Shown: piece by piece, positions 45,762-58,979 of the stretch
Layout of the letters: every line of letters begins with the position of its first letter
How positions within the stretch are numbered: the stretch's first letter is position 1
Origin: Antedon mediterranea
Taxonomy: Eukaryota; Animalia; Echinodermata
DNA: 64,000 bases
Reading direction: 5' to 3'
Assembly: GCF_964355755.1 (NCBI RefSeq)
Contig: NC_092680.1
Span: 16,873,045 to 16,937,044 of the forward strand
The notes under the pieces: model-generated
What the model saw: the letters and a program-made list of their open reading frames with translations, nothing else
What the model was told of the DNA's origin: nothing
Databases searched by the model: none
Translations under genes and position numbers: made by a program

Positions 45762-47387
45762 TAAACTAGAACTTAAACTCGTCACTTGAGGACGAGTTTG
45801 GTTATCCGCCAGCAACAAAGCGTATCTTGCGTATTCAAGTACTTCCAAGTTATGACTTTTCCAAAAAAAGTAGGCTATTCAAAATTAAAACTGCCCTCTC
45901 AGTGTAATAACCAACTAAACCCTTTTAATTAATTGTTTTCCCGTGACGGGACTCGAACCCGGTACCTCTGATACCAAAGTCGGTTGCATTACACATCGAG
46001 CCATATGACCACCTGCTGACGAAAATCCGAAGAAAGAGTCCTCGTTCATTCGGTATGTCGTGAACCCCCTCGATGCAAGTTGATTATTACATATCAAACT
46101 TAAATCATAAATTTTACTATGATGAAATCTTCAAAAATTTTAAACGCTGATATTTTATGAAAGTACATACTTTCAAGTTTTATATATTAACATGTAAAGA
46201 AAAAAGATAAATGTTATGTTTATTGTTTTGCTCTTTGAATAAGTTTATGTTTGTTTGATGATAAATATTTCAAAAATTATATTTAATATGCAAATAATGT
46301 AGCCATCAAACACGTTTTAGCATTCAACACTATAATAAATCAGACCTATGATTCATACACTGCAAGAAATTAAAATAAAAAATGGGGGTAACCTTGCATT
46401 CTGATGAACTGTGTCATTTTTAAAAGTAGACATATTTTGGAACATTTTCACAATTTGTTGACGTTTTCGTGCGCAACCTGTCATGTTTAACGTGCTCGTA
46501 GAACGCCATTTCAAGTTGAAAAGTGAATAAAATAACGTAAAATTGTTAACAGAAGATTTAAAAACACAAATCGTGTAAAAGAAATGCTCATACCTGTTCC
46601 CTGCGCCGTGCGCGCGTAAAAATGTGCGCACCAGTGGCAATTTTTTAAACGCTTAAAATGACCTGAATCGTGCTCTAATTTAATCAGAAATTGATTTGAA
46701 GCATTTTAAAATTTCAAACGCCATTTACGCGCGCACTTTCTAATGTTACAAATTGCGATAGCGTTAAAAAAGTTAACTATTGATGTGAAGCAAACGTGGC
46801 TGAAAATGACGTTAAAAAATATTCATTTGTTTCGAAGTTATAACCAATTTAAGATTTTCAGAAAATCACGCGTAACTTACGCTACGCGGCTCTGACATCG
46901 TCAAAAAGCTTGGCTGGACAACTTCAGTAAAATGTCTATATGTTGAACAAGTTACAAAATGTTATGTTAACGCGTTACAGAGAAACAGCGTGCACAAATT
47001 AGGAGCATTTTAAAATTTCAAACGCAGTTTACGCGCAGACTTTCTAGTGTTCAAAAATTTGCTGAAGAGCGAAAAAGTTAGCCATTGATGTGAAGAAAAC
47101 GTGGCTGAAAATTTCGTTAAAAAATATTTATCGGTTTCGAAGTTATGACCGATTTAAGATTTTCAGAAAATCGCGCGTAACTTACGCTACGCGGATCTGA
47201 CATTGTCAAAAAGCTTCGCAGTACATCTTCAGTTAATTGTCTATATGTTGACCAAGTTACAAAATGTTATGTTAACATGTTCAAGAGAAAACGCGTACAC
47301 AAAATCGGAGAAAGAAAGAAGAATAATAAAAAAAAAAAGTAACACTACAATAACAAAGGTTATCCGCTTGAGGCGGATAACCAATAA
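45762..47387 (-). mobile_element. HINE/DINE-1-like element, inner copy nested in the outer one; internal duplication of about 304 bp
   Basis: Palindrome ggttatccgc-ttgag-gcggataacc (47358-47382), subTIR ggttatccgcc (45800-45810), hairpin aaactcgtc-acttgag-gacgagttt (45775-45799), terminal ctagttt. Segment 46700-47000 is repeated at 47004-47300. Confidence 0.85.
45939..46003 (-). other. tRNA-like Pol III cassette inside the inner HINE (homologous cassette at 44697-44760 in the outer one)
   Basis: Minus strand TGGCTCGATGTG...GGTTCGAGTCCC: A box and B box at tRNA spacing. Confidence 0.65.
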
Positions 47388-49212
47388 AGATTTTGACAGA
47401 ATCAAGAGGTTATATGCATGATAATGCATATAACCTAATTATTGGGAATGTTTCCGACATCAAATATTGTTAAAACTTGATGAAAATGCTGAACTAATTA
47501 GGTACCATTATTTATTTATTGTGATATGCATGTTCAACTGTTACATTCTATTACGGTACGTGACATGAAAAGATTGATAACAAAAGAGAACAAGGCAATA
47601 TCTCATCTTTTAACATTTAGATAATGGAACCAAATTTTGCAATAAAGACTTCATTGCAAAATTTGGTTCCATTATCTAAATGTTTCCGACCTTATGAGTT
47701 ATTGTTTTGATGAAACAATTTGATGAGTTTCCCCTCGACTACCTTAGGCCTACCATCCCTTATTTATTTATTATAGGTCACACACACATGTGTAACAAAT
47801 GAGATGATGAAATTATAACAAATACCCAACTAACAATTTGCGACTTAGGTTCGCCATATAGTATTGCGAATTTATGTTTTAATGTTTCAGACATCAAAGG
47901 AAATATAGTGTTATACTGTAGGTATAATAAGTGACAAAAATTTGATCATGTAACTAATATTTTTAAATAACTTATAAATAAAAAACATAGGCCTAAATAA
48001 CATTGGTAATATACATTTAAAAAAACGGAATTGATTAAATAGTAAGCAATGTTAAACAAAAAAATATATATAATAATCAGTAGAATAACAGGATACATTC
48101 ATATTCAACGAATAATCATTTTAATTTGAAAACATAAATATAGAAATTCATAAAACCGAACAAAATAATAACGGGAATAATGTACCGACGAAAGGAACGT
48201 CAAATCAAAATTTTACTAGAAAATAATGCAGCAATAGCGTCCCATAACTCAAACACTAAACGCTTTAGCGCCAAAGGCAAATTGTCCCAGACCATGTCCG
48301 CATAACATGCAGACGTGACTTCAGACACTTTCCTTTGGCGCTAAAACGAGTAGTCTTCTTTTCCAGCTGCTTAGAAAGGGGTCGGTAGGCTTCCTATCAT
48401 GCATTTCGAGTTTTCTAGATTTTTCGATGAACAGTGCCTTTCGTTTTTTACACTAAAATAGTAAATTTTCGTCGTATGTTTCAGTTATAATGGTTTAATT
48501 TCATACAATGAGTAAAGGTTATTAGGTTAGAAATACTCCGGTTAATAATTTTAAGTTTGTGTTTATTTGGAAATAAGTAATATCAATATTTATAACACGA
48601 TTAGCTCGCCAGAAACGTGCTGCAAAATTAAGTGACCTAGCCTTGTGCGATACAGGCCACGCGAACCTCATTTGGCAATGTCACTTCATTTGGCGTTACA
48701 GGCCCATGCCTAGCACTCGATCTACTCTGTGTCAAAAAATTCAAGTCAAACCACCACGTGGTATGTTGTGTCTATATAGTAATTGTTATGATCGTCACGC
48801 CTGACTGATTCAGTATGAAGGAGGTATAAAAATAGGCCTACTCTGTCATGTTTACTAGGCCTATATAGAAATTGTCTACTAATATTACTAACACTAATTA
48901 AAAAAATTCTATTAGTAAATATTACTCCCAGATAAAATACATTTAATTTGTAATAATATACGCATTTAAAGAAAACACAATGAGCCTAATTTAAAAGAAT
49001 CATGGATAGATTGTAAATTTACATATTAAATTTTGCTATATACTGTAATTGTTATATTTTCTTTAAATTAATGATAGGCCTACTTTTTATTTTTTGACTG
49101 AGAAGCCTCATTGTTACAGTCGTTATATACTTTTATGGAGCTACACCCCCATCTGAGGACAAATATTATTATTATTAATATTATTATTATATATAAAAAG
49201 AGAGCATGATAA

Positions 49213-49551
49213 ATATGTATTGTGCTACATTATGGTGCAACTATAATCAAGGTACCTTGCGATCTCTCCGGGTATGCTGCAATATGGTTTAAGAATGTTG
49301 TTGCAAAGGCCTCGACATTGCAGTGCCAGCCTCATGTTTACGGAATGTAGAATTCCCTCTTTTTATGAATTGTTAAGAATATCAATATATGGCATGATTT
49401 GTAGACTTAATGCAGGGAGTTGTTATTAGATAATAATAATAATAACAACTCCCTGCTTAATGCAAGCAAAAATATTTTAATCTCAACGATTATAAGCAAT
49501 GTCTTAGTTAAGTCGAAGATGCTCTCCAGATGGAATGCCATCCTGAGATGA
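49213..49551 (+). mobile_element. Decayed 3' end of a non-LTR retrotransposon ORF2 (RTE-X-like)
   Basis: Frameshifted translation MYCATLWCNYNQGTLRSLRV...PRHCSASLMFTECRIPSFYELLR...RLNASKNILI...WNAILR* matches my recollection of LINE C-termini. The clade assignment is tentative. Confidence 0.6.
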
Positions 49552-50742
49552 GTAGTAGTAATTTTGTTTATTTTATTTATTTCATTTATATGTAATTTAC
49601 TTTCTATGGACCAGAGTTTCCGAAATAAAAGATTAGCGATAGGCCTACAGAAAAACAGAAACAAATAATTGGTGAGAAGAGGTGTACTCAATTTGAACAA
49701 AAACCATCTGCTAGTACAATCTGCTCTTGAGTTTGAGATGCTGCGCATTGCTATAGTAACATGAACTTGTATTAATTTAACATCATCCTGAATCCGCCCC
49801 AATCTCACGTGAGAATAGTAGGCCTATGTCATTTTTTACGTTACCATAATTATGTCACCTCTAAAGAAGTATACCATATCATAACTGCTCATAATTTATT
49901 CTTTTTGTCATAACAATTAATCGCTGTTTAGGTTTTTACCAAAGTAACAAAGATTATTTATTAAAGCTTACAAATACAGAAAATTGTTCTATGGTAAAGC
50001 TTCTTGCATTGCCTTATGCAAACAGTAGGCCTAAACATATCTCATTTCATTTGCATTATTTAAAATCTAACTCCCCTTTTTTCTTCTTTTCAAGCTGCCA
50101 TTAAAGGAGAATAATAATTGCCGTTGATGATATAAATAGAAGGTTGAAAATGATATTAAAATTGAACTTTTGGGGAATTCCCTGATTAAATTGCATTGTT
50201 ATCTGTTGTTAAAGGAGTCTATTTGCGGTTCGAACAAAAATTCCATGTTTCTAGATCAATCAATGGTACTTTGTCCATTGTTTAATAAAGGGTATACCTG
50301 CTGATTGGGTATTGTATTTGTTTGTTTTAAAATATTTCGGGTCTATTATTAATTTCTTTTTGCATAACGATTGTTAATGAAGCTAGCACAAAACTGCAAT
50401 TAATAATGTCATGGTAGGTCTATTGTAGTTTCAAGTCATAAGTTCCATCCCCATTTATTTAATAGAATCGTCCACTTTTTTAACAATATATGAAAAATTA
50501 TCTCTTTTGTTTGTACGGTCTTTCCTGTGGCAAACAGCCGTGTTTATTTACCTACAAACAGGAACATGTAATGTATAGGCCTAGGCCTGCACTTAAAAGA
50601 CGAGAGAAGAAACTTACAACTCCGAAAAGAGCAGGCAATAGTCAAGGAAGAGACAATAATTCAGTCTGCGACTACAACAGAAAATGCCAATGTTGTAATG
50701 TACAAGTAAGCATTATTTTAGAAGTATTCATTTAGAAGATAG

Positions 50743-51713
50743 ATGGAAGGAGTCGATCACAGTGAAGACACACGTCCGTCCGACGAAACAGAAGCATCTG
50801 ATCCAATGAGCGCACAGTCAGTAGATCCTGAGGAGGTGGATTGGGCCACTGGGGAACAACAGTTACCCAAAGAAAATGTTAATGTTACAGTAGGTAATAG
50901 AACAGAGACAGACACATCGTCATTCGATAATATCGACCCAACAATAGCGGACAATATAGATCAAGTAGAATTAGATTCATGTAAAGCACAGTCACTTGAT
51001 CTTGAGAGAGAAAGATCGGTTGTAGATTTTCCCCGGGATTTTCCCCCACCATCAGAACGTGTAGATAGTATAGAGACACTCATGATGTATTGGTTCCAAG
51101 GACCTCCAATTGCGCCTGATGAGTTCAGAAAGATCACCTGGATAACAATGGAGGCAGACTTACAAGATATTATTTCATCTGGTATGATCCCGCAGGATAC
51201 CTTAGCTTCTGCAGGTAATTTGAATGTTGATTATTTAGTTGTGAAAGTCATAAGGCGGATGCTTGATGTTTAATAAGCAGGAGAGTAAAATGGTATATAG
51301 GCCTAATACATAATAAATACATCTGGAAATCGTCAATATCATAAACAATCATAATGTATCATGCTTTCAGTGACAAAATCGTGTTTTTTTTAATATTCCA
51401 ATGTTCTTTCGGTTTCTTCTATCCAGGAATAGATGAAGAATCATATGACCATTTCGAGAAATGCGTCAACAACATCCGGGAACATCTTTGGGAAGGTGAT
51501 TTGAAAAGAACGTTGAGTATTCTACGAGGTTCCAGACGCATATTTTCTGCCTCCAACCATCACCTTCTGCAGCGGCATGCTTTTCGAGGGCCTCCGCTTG
51601 AAGTACTGGCCAATATTTATTTTGGAGGAATGGGGGTCTTACCAAAAGATAGAATGATTTTACAGGACCCATACCATTATTCTGTTAATCCTGATAACTT
51701 GGATGATGACTAA
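50743..51713 (+). CDS. Uncharacterised two-exon protein (exons 50743-51214 and 51427-51713; 252 aa)
   Basis: Two GC-elevated, stop-free ORFs joined in frame (phase 1) by CAG|GTAATT and ttcttctatccAG. Acidic N-terminus. AATAAA at 52120. No family recognised. Confidence 0.6.
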
Positions 51714-52383
51714 ATCAGCTTGAAATATCGTAATTGTGTATTTATACTATTTCGTTTATCCTGATAACTTGGGTGATGAATAGTAGATGGACTTAAAATA
51801 TCGGTTTACTACAAAATGGCAATAGGGCACTGATGGTCAAGAATTGTTTTTGTTTCCGATTTATCCAAGCTAAAAGATTTTATTGTATTATTCTTGAAAA
51901 TGAATTGATACAGTTACTACATTTTTGTTATTATTATTGTCGGATTTCTTTAATTTGCCCCTTTCTGGTGACGCCCGAAGGACTTACATTACGTTTGGCC
52001 ATTTGTATGTTGGATTCATGGGGGCACATTGCTAATTAACCGAGGTAAATAATTAGCCTTGGGTCCTTAAGACTTGTAATACTTGGATGAAACCATACGT
52101 CAGATTGAATAAGTTTATTAATAAATAACCAGTTAAGTACATCAAATAGACATGGCTGTTACGTTCTACAATTAACAAAATTACTCTGTAAATTGCAACG
52201 TAGGCTATTAGTATTAATAAATGTTTGCTTTCGGCCCTTATTTCGCCTTATGTGCCTTCTACAATGTTTTGTATTTTAAATGTATATGTAACACACTGCA
52301 ACTCAATACTGTAATATTACCCCACTAAGCTACTCTGCCATGTAACGGGTTACGGTATAATTTAGTAGAAAAATTTACATTCA

Positions 52384-52514
52384 TTTTTAGTCGCACAACA
52401 CGACTCTAGCTTACTATGTCGGTCGGTCGGTCGGTAAATGTCCAGTAACTAAACTGTCGGTAAACAGTAACTCAAATTTGCGCACGCGACTGCAGCCATG
52501 TATATGGCCTTGTT
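52384..52514 (+). mobile_element. Miniature HINE/DINE-1-like element
   Basis: ttttt-agtcgc..cgact 5' inverted repeat, (GTCG)n microsatellite, 3' subTIR cacgcgact, hairpin gccatgtatatggc, cttgtt end. Confidence 0.7.
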
Positions 52515-53596
52515 ATTTCTGGTGTTTTGTTTTTCTCTTTTGGAGTGCTCCTTCAGTTTCCATATTTTATGAATAGCACAGTACTTTATAAACATTGTAT
52601 TAGTAGAAAAGCACCCTGAAAGCTTTAAGAACATTTCTGCTTTTAAGAAATTCCTGTTTTTAAAGTTGGGAAGTGTTTGGTGCTTACGGCTACTAGTTTC
52701 TTTGTATAATTGTAATTTTGTTCTATTTTTTAAAAATATTTTATTCACAAGATTGCCACTTGTAATAAAGCAGAAATTAAGCTTTAATAAATGATTTGTT
52801 TTCCAACCGACTCATCTTGATTGCTCTTGTTCTAGCAGAAATCCTTTTTTTTATTTCAAATTATAAAGAACAGAAAATTGTATATAAATAGTTTACGAGT
52901 AAAGTATACACCGTGTACTCAAAGATGATGAGTTGGCCTACCTACTAATGTTAATGTATCTCATCTCAGTCTCCAACCCCATAAAACAACGGCCTGTTTC
53001 TAGTGCATGCGCAGTTGGTATTTTTGAGTGAGTGACTACTCTAATCCATTGATATAGGGCCTAAACTATGTATATGTATATTCTGTATATTTATTTTTTC
53101 TGACATCAAATATTAATTGATCAAACATAAAAACAGAAGTTGCCTCCAATTTAGCAATTTTATCTAATCGTAAGGCCTAGACTATACTAGAGTTCATATT
53201 TTACGCTACAAAGTTTTGTTAAAAACGGAACCATTAAAAGAAAACGGTATGAAAGAATTGTCGTCGAAACCGCACGCTAGATGTATGACATCATCAATAA
53301 GTAACAATGTTATGAAAAAAGCCATTACCAATGGATGACTCATATAAAAGGGATATACCACAAAACTTTGAACGTTGTGCAACGTGGTCTGCAGAAGCTG
53401 GCCTATTGCGCGCCTGTGCTCTAACTGCTCTAACGCACCGGTCTGACTGTCCTATCTAATTCGGCTTCGCATTTAGTTCATAAACAATCATTCATCTATA
53501 TATTTTGTTTACATATTTATGCAAATTCTGTAGGATTTAAGATAAATCAAAACATAAATTTCTATTCACATGAATTTTAGTTAATTAGGCATGTAT

Positions 53597-54143
53597 ATAT
53601 GTATGTTCCCGGACGTAATCTGCGCTCTAGTAGTGACTCGCTGCTTCTACATCAGCCTAAGTCTCACCACTCATGGGGTGACAGAGCATTCTCCGTTACT
53701 GCTCCTCGTCTGTGGAATGCTCTACCGAGCTCTATAAGATTTTGCAAAACTGTTGATACTTTTAAAAAATTATTAAAAACACATTTATTCATTAAGGCAT
53801 ATGGAAATCATGAGGTTTCTTAAAGTTGTTTTGACTTAGAATTGTTTTGTATACTTTTTCCTGACCAGCATTATCTTTGGGGTGCCTCTGTCTTGGTTGT
53901 TGTCTCTGAGCACCCGGTCGTCTGTGGCAAGGCAAATGTGTATCCTGCTCCTTTGTTTGGTCACCTAGGTAGGGGTTCGGGACCGCGACAGAACGACAAC
54001 GGATGGGGACCCTCCAAAGAAATTGCATTTTATTTGTCAGGAATTTGTATGATTTATTTCTTTTTTATTTTTAAATGCGCCTTGAGCACTCTGGAGTGGT
54101 ATGTGCGCTATAAAAATCTTATTATTATTATTATTATTATTAT
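53597..54143 (+). mobile_element. 5'-truncated L2/CR1-group LINE (ORF2 C-terminus, 3' UTR and tail)
   Basis: YVPGRNLRSS...WGDRAFSVTAPRLWNALPSSIR...FKKLLKTHLF is the typical L2 ORF2 end. The 3' stem-loop gcgccttgagcactctggagtggtatgtgcgc is followed by (ATT)n. Confidence 0.9.
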
Positions 54144-55414
54144 GTGTTCAGTATTACAATTTCAAAGGATCCCACTAAATCTAGGGGTTTGTTCTTTAAC
54201 TGTTCTCACCTCAATGTACAATGATACAAAATGGAATATTCATATTCAACGACACCAACCGGAAGTGTATTATTGTTATTAATCGATCCGTTTCGGGGAA
54301 GAAGGAAATACGCCATTTTATTAGTTTATTTCACAAAGGTAAGTTGTTAATGTTTAGGAGGAATATATAGGCCTATGTTTTAAAACAGAATGGTTGCGAT
54401 CGATACAGTATATGTAGGCCTATAGCTAATATTTTTTAGGAAAGGTCTATTCTAACATTATTAGCCTAAAATGCGTTAATTAATTTATTTAATTAGAATT
54501 GTACAGTCATTGAGTACGGGTCACTAAATTATAGTTTTAAGAGTCTCCCCTCTTTAGTTTGTAAAAGTATTCTTGAAAAGAAGCCCATCTCGAAAAGAAG
54601 CCCATCTTGACAGGACGCGAGTACTAGAAGAAGCACTTGGGCTTCTTTTGAAGGTTTGACGGTATAGTTTTTCGTACTTCCCTGCTGCCATGGTCCATAC
54701 ATAGGCCTCCGTAATTCTTCTAACACGGAACTTGTTGCGTTACAATTTTATTTTGTGTCGTGCATTTTTCCTGGATAAAGATTGAAGATACTATCGGCAT
54801 TGCACGGTCTGCTTAAAGGGGGATTCTGGGTTTAAAATTGCTTTTAAATATCGTTTATTTATTAAATAAAAAATATCATAACAATATAGACATGTCAGAA
54901 TGAAGAAGTAATAACGAGAAATTAAAAAAAATTAATTTCATATACATTTTAGGGTAAATTCATGGAAAGTCTGTTTTTCAGCAGCTTAGGGAAGCTCATT
55001 AATATTCATGAGATATTCGAGCTATATATCCAATACCAAATTGGCGAGTAAATCATGTTTTACTTTAAATTAAATTTATACGCTCTTCCACAAGGTCAAT
55101 TGTTAGTTATACATACAGACTATATTAAAACAATGATTTTGAACACGTAGGGCATTTCTTTGAATTCTTTCCTATTGTCGTTTTGTGGTAATTTACAGCT
55201 TTTTATATGTTTAACAAACGTACATAATCAATTGCGTCTGCATCATGCTAGACTACAACTTCCGGTAGTGACGTAATCAGCATATTTTTGGTAATAAAAC
55301 TTTTTCACTAAGCTAGGGAATCTTCTGATATCAATATTCATTAGACCGTACTTTAGTTAGCCAATCAAAATAAACGTATAAACAATTTTGCGGCGATGTT
55401 GTTGAGGTAAAATA

Positions 55415-58400
55415 TACTGTGTTTTACAATAACCAATTTGGTTAGAGTAAAACACAATGATAAAGAATAGGAAACATTTAATAATATGATAAATGTCATT
55501 ACATAGCAATTTATCACTGTGTTTTACTATAACCAATTTGGTTAGAGTAAAACACAATGATATAGAATAGGCAACATTTAATAATATGATAAATGACATT
55601 TACATAGCAATTTAGCACTGTGTTTTACTATAAACAATTTGGTTAGAGTAAAACACAATGATAAAGAATAGGAAACATTTAATAATATGATATATGACAT
55701 TCACATAGCAATTTAGCACTGTGTTTTACTATAACCAATTTGGTTAGAGTAAAACACAATGATAAAGAATAGGAAACATTTAATAATATGATATATGACA
55801 TTCACATAGCAATTTAGCACTGTGTTTTACTATAACCAATTTGGTTAGAGTAAAACACAATGATATAGAATAGGAAACATTTAATAATTTGATAAATGAC
55901 ATTTACATAGCAATTAGCACTGTGTTTTACTATAACCAATTTGGTTAAAGTAAAACACAATGATAAAGAATAGGAAACACTTAATAATATGATAAATGAC
56001 ATTTACATAGCAATTTAGCACTGTGTTTTACTATAACCAATTTGGTTAAAGTAAAGCAGAATGATAAAGAATAGGAATTTAATAATATGATATATGACAT
56101 TTACATAGCAATTTAGCACTGTGTTTTACTATAACCAATTTGGTTAGAGTAAAACACAATGATAAAGAATAGGAAACATTTAATAATATGATATATGACA
56201 TTCACATAGCAATTTAGCACTGTGTTTTACTATAACCAATTTGGTTAGAGTAAAACACAATGATATAGAATAGGAAACATTTAATAATTTGATAAATGAC
56301 ATTTACATAGCAATTAGCACTGTGTTTTACTATAACCAATTTGGTTAAAGTAAAACACAATGATAAAGAATAGGAAACACTTAATAATATGATAAATGAC
56401 ATTTACATAGCAATTTAGCACTGTGTTTTACTATAACCAATTTGGTTAAAGTAAAGCAGAATGATAAAAAATAGGAATTTAATAATATGATATATGACAT
56501 TTACATAGCAATTTAGCACTGTGTTTTACTATAACCAATTTGGTTAGAGTAAAACACAATGATAAAGATTAGGAAATATTTAATAATAATGATTATTTAC
56601 ATAGCAATTTAGCACTGTGTTTTATTATAACCAATTTGGTTATAGTAAAACACAATGATATAGAATAGGAAACATTTAATAATATGATAAATGACATTTA
56701 CATAGCAATTTATCACTGTGTTTTACTATAACCAATTTGGTTAGAGTAAAACACAATGATAAAGAACAGGAAACATTTAATAATAATGATTATTTACATA
56801 GCAATTTAGCACTGTGTTTTACTATAACCAATTTGGTTATAGTAAAACACAATGATAAAGAATAGGAAACATTTAATAATATGATATATGACATTCACAT
56901 AGCAATTTAGCACTGTGTTTTACTATAACCAATTTGGTTAGAGTAAAACACAATGATATAGAATAGGAAACATTTAATAATTTGATAAATGACATTTACA
57001 TAGCAATTTAGCACTGTGTTTTACTATAAACAATTTGGTTAAAGTAAAGCAGAATGATAAAGAATAGGAATTTAATAATATGATATATGACATTTACATA
57101 GCAATTTAGCACTGTGTTTTACTATAACCAATTTGGTTAGAGTAAAACACAATGATAAAGAATAGGAAACATTTAATAATAATGATTATTTACATAGCAA
57201 TTTAGCACTGTGTTTTACTATAACCAATTTGGTTATAGTAAAACACAATGATAAAGGATAGGAAACATTTAATATTATGATATATGACATTCACATAGCA
57301 ATTTAGCACTGTGTTTTACTATAACCAATTTGGTTAGAGTAAAACACAATGATATAGAATAGGAAACATTTAATAATTTGATAAATGACATTTACATAGC
57401 AATTTAGCACTGTGTTTTACTATAACCAATTTGGTTAAAGTAAAACACAATGATAAAGAATAGGAAACATTTAATAATATGATAAATGACATTTACATAG
57501 CAATTTAGCACTGTGTTTTACTATAACCAATTTGGTTAAAGTAAAGCAGAATGATAAAGAATAGGAATTTAATAATATGATATATGACATTTACATAGCA
57601 ATTTAGCACTGTGTTTTACTATAACCAATTTGGTTAGAGTAAAACACAATGATAAAGAATAGGAAATATTTAATAATAATGATTATTTACATAGCAATTT
57701 AGCACTGTGTTTTACTATAACCAATTTGGTTATAGTAAAACACAATGATATAGAATAGGAAACATTTAATAATATGATAAATGACATTTACATTGCAATT
57801 TATCACTGTGTTTTACTATAACCAATTTGGTTATGGTAAAGCACAATGATATAGAATAGGAAACATTTAATAATATGATAAATGACATTTACATAGCAAT
57901 TTAGCACTGTGTTTTACTATAACCAATTTGGTTAAAGTAAAACATAATGATAAAGAATAGGAAACATTTAATAATATGATAAATGACATTTACATAGCAA
58001 TTTATCACTGTGTTTTACTATAACCAATTTGGTTATGGTAAAGCACAATGATATAGAATAGGAAACATTTAATAATAATGATTATTTACATAGCAATTTA
58101 GCACTGTGTTTTACTATAACCAATTTGGTTAGAGTAAAACACAATGACAAAGAATAGGAAACATTTAATAATAATGATTATTTACATAGCTAGCAATTTA
58201 GCACAATGTTTTACTATAACCATTTTGGTTATGGTAAAGCACAATGATATAGAATAGGAAACATATAATAATATGATAAATGTCATTACATAGCAATTTA
58301 GCACTGTGTTTTACTATAACCAATTTGGTTAGAGTAAAACACAATGACAAAGAATAGGAAACATTTAATAATAATGATTATTTACATAGCTAGCAATTTA

Positions 58401-58940
58401 GCACAATGTTTTACTATAACCAATTTGGTTATGGTAAAGCACAATGATATAGAATAGGAAACATTTAATAATATGATAAATGTCATTACATAGCAATTTA
58501 GCACTGTGTTTTACTATAACCAATTTGGTTAGAGTAAAACACAATGATAAAGAATAGGAAACATTTTAATAACATGATAAATGACATTCACATAGAAATT
58601 TAGCACTGTGTTTTACTATAACCAATTTGATTAGAGTAAAGCACAATGATAAAGAATATGAAACATTTAATAATATGATAAATGACATTTACATAGTAAT
58701 TTATCACTGTGTTTTACTATAACCAATTTGGTTAGAGTAAAACATTTTAACTATGATAAATGATATTTAGCACTGTGCTGGATACAGTAAAACACAAATT
58801 AAGAATAGGAAACATATAATAATATGATACATTTACATACAAATTTAGTATTGTGTTTTACTATAGCCAATTTGGTTACAGTAAAACACAATGATAATGA
58901 AACATTTATTATATGATATTATTTACATAGCAAAATATTA
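55415..58940 (+). repeat. Satellite array of about 101-bp monomers (about 34 copies) with local 400-bp higher-order repeat
   Basis: Monomer ttagcactgtgttttactataaccaatttggttagagtaaaacacaatgataaagaataggaaacatttaataatatgataaatgacatttacatagcaat. Identical ORFs at 55814 and 56214 show a 400-bp period. Confidence 0.97.
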
Positions 58941-58979
58941 TATTAAACATATCTTATTATCTAAACGTTATGAAAAGAA

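Larger units (their letters stand above)
44348..47438 (-). mobile_element. Helentron-associated non-autonomous element (HINE/DINE-1-like), outer copy
   Basis: 5' end palindrome aggttatatgcat-gata-atgcatataacct (47407-47436). Matching subTIR aggttatatgcat (44381-44393) next to the hairpin taattcgtca-cta-tgacgaatta (44357-44379). Ends ctagtt on the minus strand. Confidence 0.8.
40298..48705. mobile_element. About 8.4 kb block bounded by about 41-bp terminal inverted repeats (non-autonomous DNA transposon with nested insertions)
   Basis: Left GGCCCTGTCACGCCAAATGAGGTACCACTGCCAAATGAGGT versus the reverse complement of the right end, GGGCCTGTAACGCCAAATGAAGTGACATTGCCAAATGAGGT. No clean TSD and no transposase ORF seen. 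Confidence 0.65.

Noticed and set aside
40298-48705. Autonomous transposase inside the large TIR block
   Set aside because: No long ORF or recognisable DDE or Rep-Hel motif in any frame of the supplied track.
55415-58940. Palindromic repeat plus spacer pattern resembling a CRISPR or attC array; short ORFs MSFIILL...
   Set aside because: The inter-hairpin segments are near-identical copies rather than unique spacers, and there is no cas or integrase gene. It is a satellite.
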